A DNA stretch of 37,063 nucleotides from Clostridia bacterium. GTDB taxonomy: Bacteria; Bacillota; Clostridia; Oscillospirales; CAG-272. The stretch lies in the NCBI GenBank assembly GCA_017618795.1, contig JAFZTO010000034.1:1-37063 (forward strand), written 5' to 3'. The position numbers and the translations under genes are program-made. The notes under the pieces are model-generated. The model did not search any database. It had not been told where the DNA came from and saw nothing but the letters and a program-made list of their open reading frames with translations. The stretch's first letter is position 1. The number at the start of each line of letters is the position of its first letter. Of the stretch, positions 33,915 to 37,063 are shown piece by piece.

Positions 33915-34586
33915 TCATTTGCCTTTTCTTACAACCTTCTGCCTCGTGACCTCCTGCCTGGGCAGATGCTTGCGAATGGCGTTATAGGTATCGGAAATCT
34001 CAGACCCCGAGAGGAATTTCTCCCGGTTAAGATCCTTTAAGGTTGTGAGCAGGCTCTTTGCCGTCAGAGCCTTGGGCGAGCGGTTCCTGTAAACGGCTTT
34101 TTTTCCGTAGAAAACGGCAACGTTATATATAGGAACGTTGTAGATCGCCTCATCGTTGAGCAGCGAGGTTATCGCCTGCACGGCAGGCTGGTTGCCATCT
34201 ATCGGATTTGGCATGGTAAACGAGCCGTTTACGCCAGTTACCGTCCACGGACCGCCCTCGGGGTTATCGATCGCTCCGCTTTCTCCGCACAGTTTCATTA
34301 TAATTATTCCGCACGTCTCGACAAGCACAAGATCGGCCGGAGCGGGGTCAAAACCGCCCTGTCCGTTAGGCGCCTGAAGCTCGGCGCGGCGGATGATTTT
34401 TGCATTTGGAAAATTGATTTTGATCAGCGAAGGCACAAACGAGTCTCCGCGATTTTTTTTGCTGAACAGCGCCTCGGTCTTCTTCTTTTTCTGTACCGCG
34501 GTAAAGATGATGTAAGCCACAAAGAGAACGAGGGCAACCGCTGTTATTATTATGAGCGCCGTCAGAATTTTAGACAGGGTTTCCAT
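33915..34586 (-). CDS. Membrane-anchored NERD (nuclease-related domain)-like protein
   Basis: N-terminal TM helix ILTALIIITAVALVLFVAYIIFTAV followed by KKKK. NERD-like core ADLVLVETCGIIIMKLCGESGAIDNPEGGPWTV...MPNPIDGNQPAVQAITSLL. Confidence 0.5.
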   Translation of the reverse strand: METLSKILTALIIITAVALVLFVAYIIFTAVQKKKKTEALFSKKNRGDSFVPSLIKINFPNAKIIRRAELQAPNGQGGFDPAPADLVLVETCGIIIMKLCGESGAIDNPEGGPWTVTGVNGSFTMPNPIDGNQPAVQAITSLLNDEAIYNVPIYNVAVFYGKKAVYRNRSPKALTAKSLLTTLKDLNREKFLSGSEISDTYNAIRKHLPRQEVTRQKVVRKGK

Positions 34587-34599
34587 TGTTCTTTGTCAC

Positions 34600-34827
34600 T
34601 CAACCTTTTTTCTCTTCCAGATAATCAACTATGTCGCCGACGGTGATAAAGCGGTGAATATCGTCGTCGTCAACCGTAATCCCGTACTTTTCCTCGCAGA
34701 TCATGATAAGGTCCGCAAGCTCAAGCGAATTGATCCCGAGATCGTTTACAAGTTCCGCCTCGGGCACTATTCTGTCTTCCGCGACCGAAAGGTCCTCGAC
34801 AAGCATTTTCTTTACATCTTCAAACAT
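34600..34827 (-). CDS. Acyl carrier protein-like carrier protein
   Basis: I prefer the third-codon ATG at 34827 (MFEDVKKMLVEDL...), which sits 8 nt after GGAGG. The phosphopantetheine attachment context is NDLGINSLELADLI. The protein is acidic and 75 aa long. Confidence 0.8.
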   Translation of the reverse strand: MFEDVKKMLVEDLSVAEDRIVPEAELVNDLGINSLELADLIMICEEKYGITVDDDDIHRFITVGDIVDYLEEKKG

Positions 34828-34853
34828 TAACATATCCTCCGTGTTTTTCTTCT

Positions 34854-36557
34854 TTATTTTACAAGGAATCTTTTGATTTTTCTTGTAGTTGTTTTTTCAA
34901 ATTCAGTATCGCGTATCTCGACCTTCGTCATATGCTTGTAGGCAGGCAGAGACTTGTTGACCTCCGTGACCGCCTCGCGGACAGCCTTCTCGACCTCCTC
35001 GGAGGTTTTGTCCTTCGAGAAATCGGGATTCGGGTAAATGACCGCCGTAATGGCTATCTCGCCGGTTTCGTCGTTCTTTCTGCCAATGACAACCGACTCG
35101 CCTATAACATCGTCGCGGGCGGCGAGATGTTCCTCGAGTTCCTCCGGGAATATATTCTTGCCGTTGCTCAGGATAATGACGTTCTTCTTGCGGCCGGTTA
35201 TGTATATATATCCGTCCTTGTCCATATAACCGATGTCGCCGGTGCGGAACCATCCGTCATCCGTGAACACCTCGGCGGTAGCTTCGGGATTTTTGTAATA
35301 ACCCTGCATGACATTCTCGCCCTTGACCAGTATTTCTCCGGTCTCGTCGTTTTCACCCTTGTCTATCTTCACCTCGCAGTGCCAGACGGGCTTGCCGACC
35401 GAGTGCGCCCTTTCCTTGCCGGGTGAATTGACCGCCACAAGAGGCGAGCATTCCGTAATTCCGTAACCTTCAAGGATGAAAATGCCGAAGCTGTTGAAAT
35501 CCTTTATAAGCTGCGGATTGACCGGCGCGCCGCCTGCGACTATCGAATTAAGATTGCCTCCCAGTGCTCCGGTTATTCTGCCGAAAAATTTGTCGCGGAC
35601 GTCTATGCCGATCTTAAGCAGTCCGTCGCTGACCTTCATCAGTCTGCGCACGGTCTTGCGCATACCCTTCTTATCTATTTCCGCCCATATCCTTTTGTAC
35701 ATGGTCTCAACGTACAGTGGCACGAGCATTAGAGCGTTGGGTTTGTACTTCGCGAAATTCTTCAGCGTGTTGCGCATGCTGTCGTTTATCATCATGGTCG
35801 CGCCGAGATTCTGTATGGCCAGTTGTCCGCAGGTTATCTCGTACGAATGGTTCATCGGCAGACAGTCAACGAAAAAGTTCCTGTCGTCGTACTCCATTGA
35901 CATGCATGAGCTGTTGGTCGCTGCGACAAAATTCCTGTGCGAAAGCATTACGCCTTTTGACGTTCCGGTCGTCCCCGACGTGAACAGAATGGCCGCCGTG
36001 CGGTCGAGATCCGGTTTTATGTCAGCAAACCTCGTGTCTCCCGCCTGCCGCAGCGCGTGACCCTTTTCAAGCAGATCGGTAAAGGAGATCACATTTTCGG
36101 CAGAACAGTCCTCAGTCTTTTCATGTATCGGGATAAAAAACTTAAGTGAAGGTATTTTATCGCCGTAGTTTCTCATTCTGTTATTGAATTTTTCCGTGTA
36201 AATCAGAGCCTCTACCCCGGCGATGTTCATAAAATCGATGAGCGACTCGTCAGGCAGGTCTCTGTCAAGCGGGACGTAGGTTCCGTTGCTTCCTATCACG
36301 GCAAAGAATCCGGTCATGTATCTGGGATGTGTGTCACCCACGCAGGCGACCGTTCTGCCGTTCAGCCCGAGCTCGCAAAGCGCGGTACCGAAATCCATTA
36401 CCCGCTCGTAATTCTCGCGATACGTCTGGTGTTTTTCTTCCTTATCCTCTATGTAAATGTAGATGTCCTTGTCCTCAAAGAGCTCCGCCCCGGTGCGAGT
36501 CATCTGTACAAGATTCTCCACCACTTTGGGCCTGTGAGCTGCTTTTAATTTCTTCAT
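34854..36557 (-). CDS. AMP-dependent acyl synthetase/ligase (long-chain fatty-acid-CoA/ACP ligase-like, ANL superfamily)
   Basis: AMP-binding motif ILFTSGTTGTSKGVMLSHRN. Also EGYGITE and TGDIGYMDKDGYIYITGRKKNVIILSNGKNIFPEELE, with a terminal RKIKR. Confidence 0.85.
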   Translation of the reverse strand: MKKLKAAHRPKVVENLVQMTRTGAELFEDKDIYIYIEDKEEKHQTYRENYERVMDFGTALCELGLNGRTVACVGDTHPRYMTGFFAVIGSNGTYVPLDRDLPDESLIDFMNIAGVEALIYTEKFNNRMRNYGDKIPSLKFFIPIHEKTEDCSAENVISFTDLLEKGHALRQAGDTRFADIKPDLDRTAAILFTSGTTGTSKGVMLSHRNFVAATNSSCMSMEYDDRNFFVDCLPMNHSYEITCGQLAIQNLGATMMINDSMRNTLKNFAKYKPNALMLVPLYVETMYKRIWAEIDKKGMRKTVRRLMKVSDGLLKIGIDVRDKFFGRITGALGGNLNSIVAGGAPVNPQLIKDFNSFGIFILEGYGITECSPLVAVNSPGKERAHSVGKPVWHCEVKIDKGENDETGEILVKGENVMQGYYKNPEATAEVFTDDGWFRTGDIGYMDKDGYIYITGRKKNVIILSNGKNIFPEELEEHLAARDDVIGESVVIGRKNDETGEIAITAVIYPNPDFSKDKTSEEVEKAVREAVTEVNKSLPAYKHMTKVEIRDTEFEKTTTRKIKRFLVK

Positions 36558-36587
36558 ACGGTGTCTCCGGATAAAAAGTTACATTAT

Positions 36588-36616
36588 ATTATATATCATT
36601 TGCGCTGTTTTGTCAA
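36588..36616 (-). promoter_or_regulatory. Exact-consensus sigma-A promoter for the ligase-ACP-NERD operon
   Basis: Minus strand: TTGACA (36616-36611), a 17-nt spacer, TATAAT (36593-36588). The ATG at 36557 lies about 30 nt downstream. Confidence 0.7.
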
Positions 36617-36761
36617 TATTTTTCGGAGGAAAACGAAAAATTTTACATTTTCCCTTGCTTTTGCTTTCTGTGACCAGATAATATCTTTGCGCCGTTTGCT
36701 GCGGAAATGAAATATTTTTCGCCATCGCGCAAAATACACAAGTTTTTTAACGTTTTACACA

Positions 36762-36790
36762 TTGAGAGCGCCACTTCGTAATGATAAAAT
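36762..36790 (+). promoter_or_regulatory. Sigma-A promoter (extended -10) for the third SBP gene
   Basis: TTGAGA (36762-36767), a 17-nt spacer ending in TGa, TAAAAT (36785-36790). Confidence 0.5.
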
Positions 36791-36847
36791 ATTTTCAGCA
36801 TACAACGAAGAAGAAAGGCTGGTATGTTTACTTAAATGTTTACTGAA

Positions 36848-37063
36848 ATGAAAAAAGCAATCTGTATCCTGCTCGCGCTCGTGATGGTTGCGGCAGTGAC
36901 GGTCTGCTGCACGAAGAAAGGGCCGGACAAGGACGGCACCGAAAGCGCGGATATAAACGGCGTTAAGGTCGTCGACTACAACGGCGCCGACTTCACCGTT
37001 ATCTGCCGCGCACGCGACGCCGCGTGGGGAGAACTTGCCATCGCGGCGGAGGATACCGACGGC
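36848..37063 (+). CDS. Extracellular solute-binding lipoprotein (SBP3), 5' fragment running off the window; paralog of SBP1/SBP2
   Basis: Hand translation gives MKKAICILLALVMVAAVTVCCTKKGPDKDGTESADINGVKVVDYNGADFTVICRARDAAWGELAIAAEDTDG, open to the window end. It has a lipobox (TVCC) and the DYNGADFTVI block, as in SBP1 and SBP2. An in-frame alternative start at 36836 (MFTEMKK...) is possible. Confidence 0.7.
   Translation, partial: MKKAICILLALVMVAAVTVCCTKKGPDKDGTESADINGVKVVDYNGADFTVICRARDAAWGELAIAAEDTDG

Noticed and set aside
1-37063. A search for CRISPR arrays, IS elements or terminal inverted repeats, prophage genes, toxin-antitoxin pairs and known defence systems.
   Set aside because: I saw no spaced direct repeats, no transposase, integrase or phage-like ORFs, and no small paired ORFs typical of TA modules. 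The lone NERD-like protein and the DUF4037/TPR pair are not sufficient to claim a defence system.

Overview
The window is almost entirely minus-strand and tightly packed. It looks like a Gram-positive (Bacillota/Clostridia-like) chromosome: GGAGG-type Shine-Dalgarno sites, many near-consensus TTGACA-17-TATAAT promoters, and many lipoproteins. Taxonomy is inference only. The left two thirds (1 to about 23.7 kb) is a glycan-utilisation region built from regulator-led operons. One operon runs AraC -> two paralogous beta-helix proteins -> solute-binding lipoprotein (SBP) -> GH1 -> SGNH esterase -> small anchored surface protein. After a terminator come a GH2 (beta-mannosidase-like) gene and a large multidomain GH5-like surface lipoprotein that runs off the left edge. 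A second operon runs LacI -> GH39-like lipoprotein -> second SBP -> LamG surface protein. A monocistronic clan GH-D alpha-galactosidase-like gene and a tRNA-Arg(ACG) sit between the two operons. A further monocistronic anchored surface protein lies upstream of the LacI operon. No ABC permease or ATPase genes accompany the two complete SBP genes. The right third holds a roughly 9-kb chain of overlapping or abutting genes behind a promoter carrying two NrdR-box-like palindromes: nrdR, a heterodimeric ABC exporter with one degenerate ATP site, topoisomerase III, MOFRL-type glycerate kinase, a TPR protein and a DUF4037 protein. It also holds a divergent small lipoprotein gene (+), an acyl-AMP ligase -> ACP -> membrane NERD protein operon, and the 5' end of a third paralogous SBP gene (+). 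I saw no CRISPR array, rRNA, transposase, integrase or phage gene. The most unusual items are the unclassifiable tandem beta-helix pair, the orphan SBPs, a conserved non-LPXTG C-terminal anchor tail shared by two unrelated surface proteins, a recurring unassigned ~130-aa module, the NrdR-box-fronted mixed operon, and a structured orphan transcript bracketed by two terminators next to the tRNA. All family calls come from motif recognition by eye; no database search was run.
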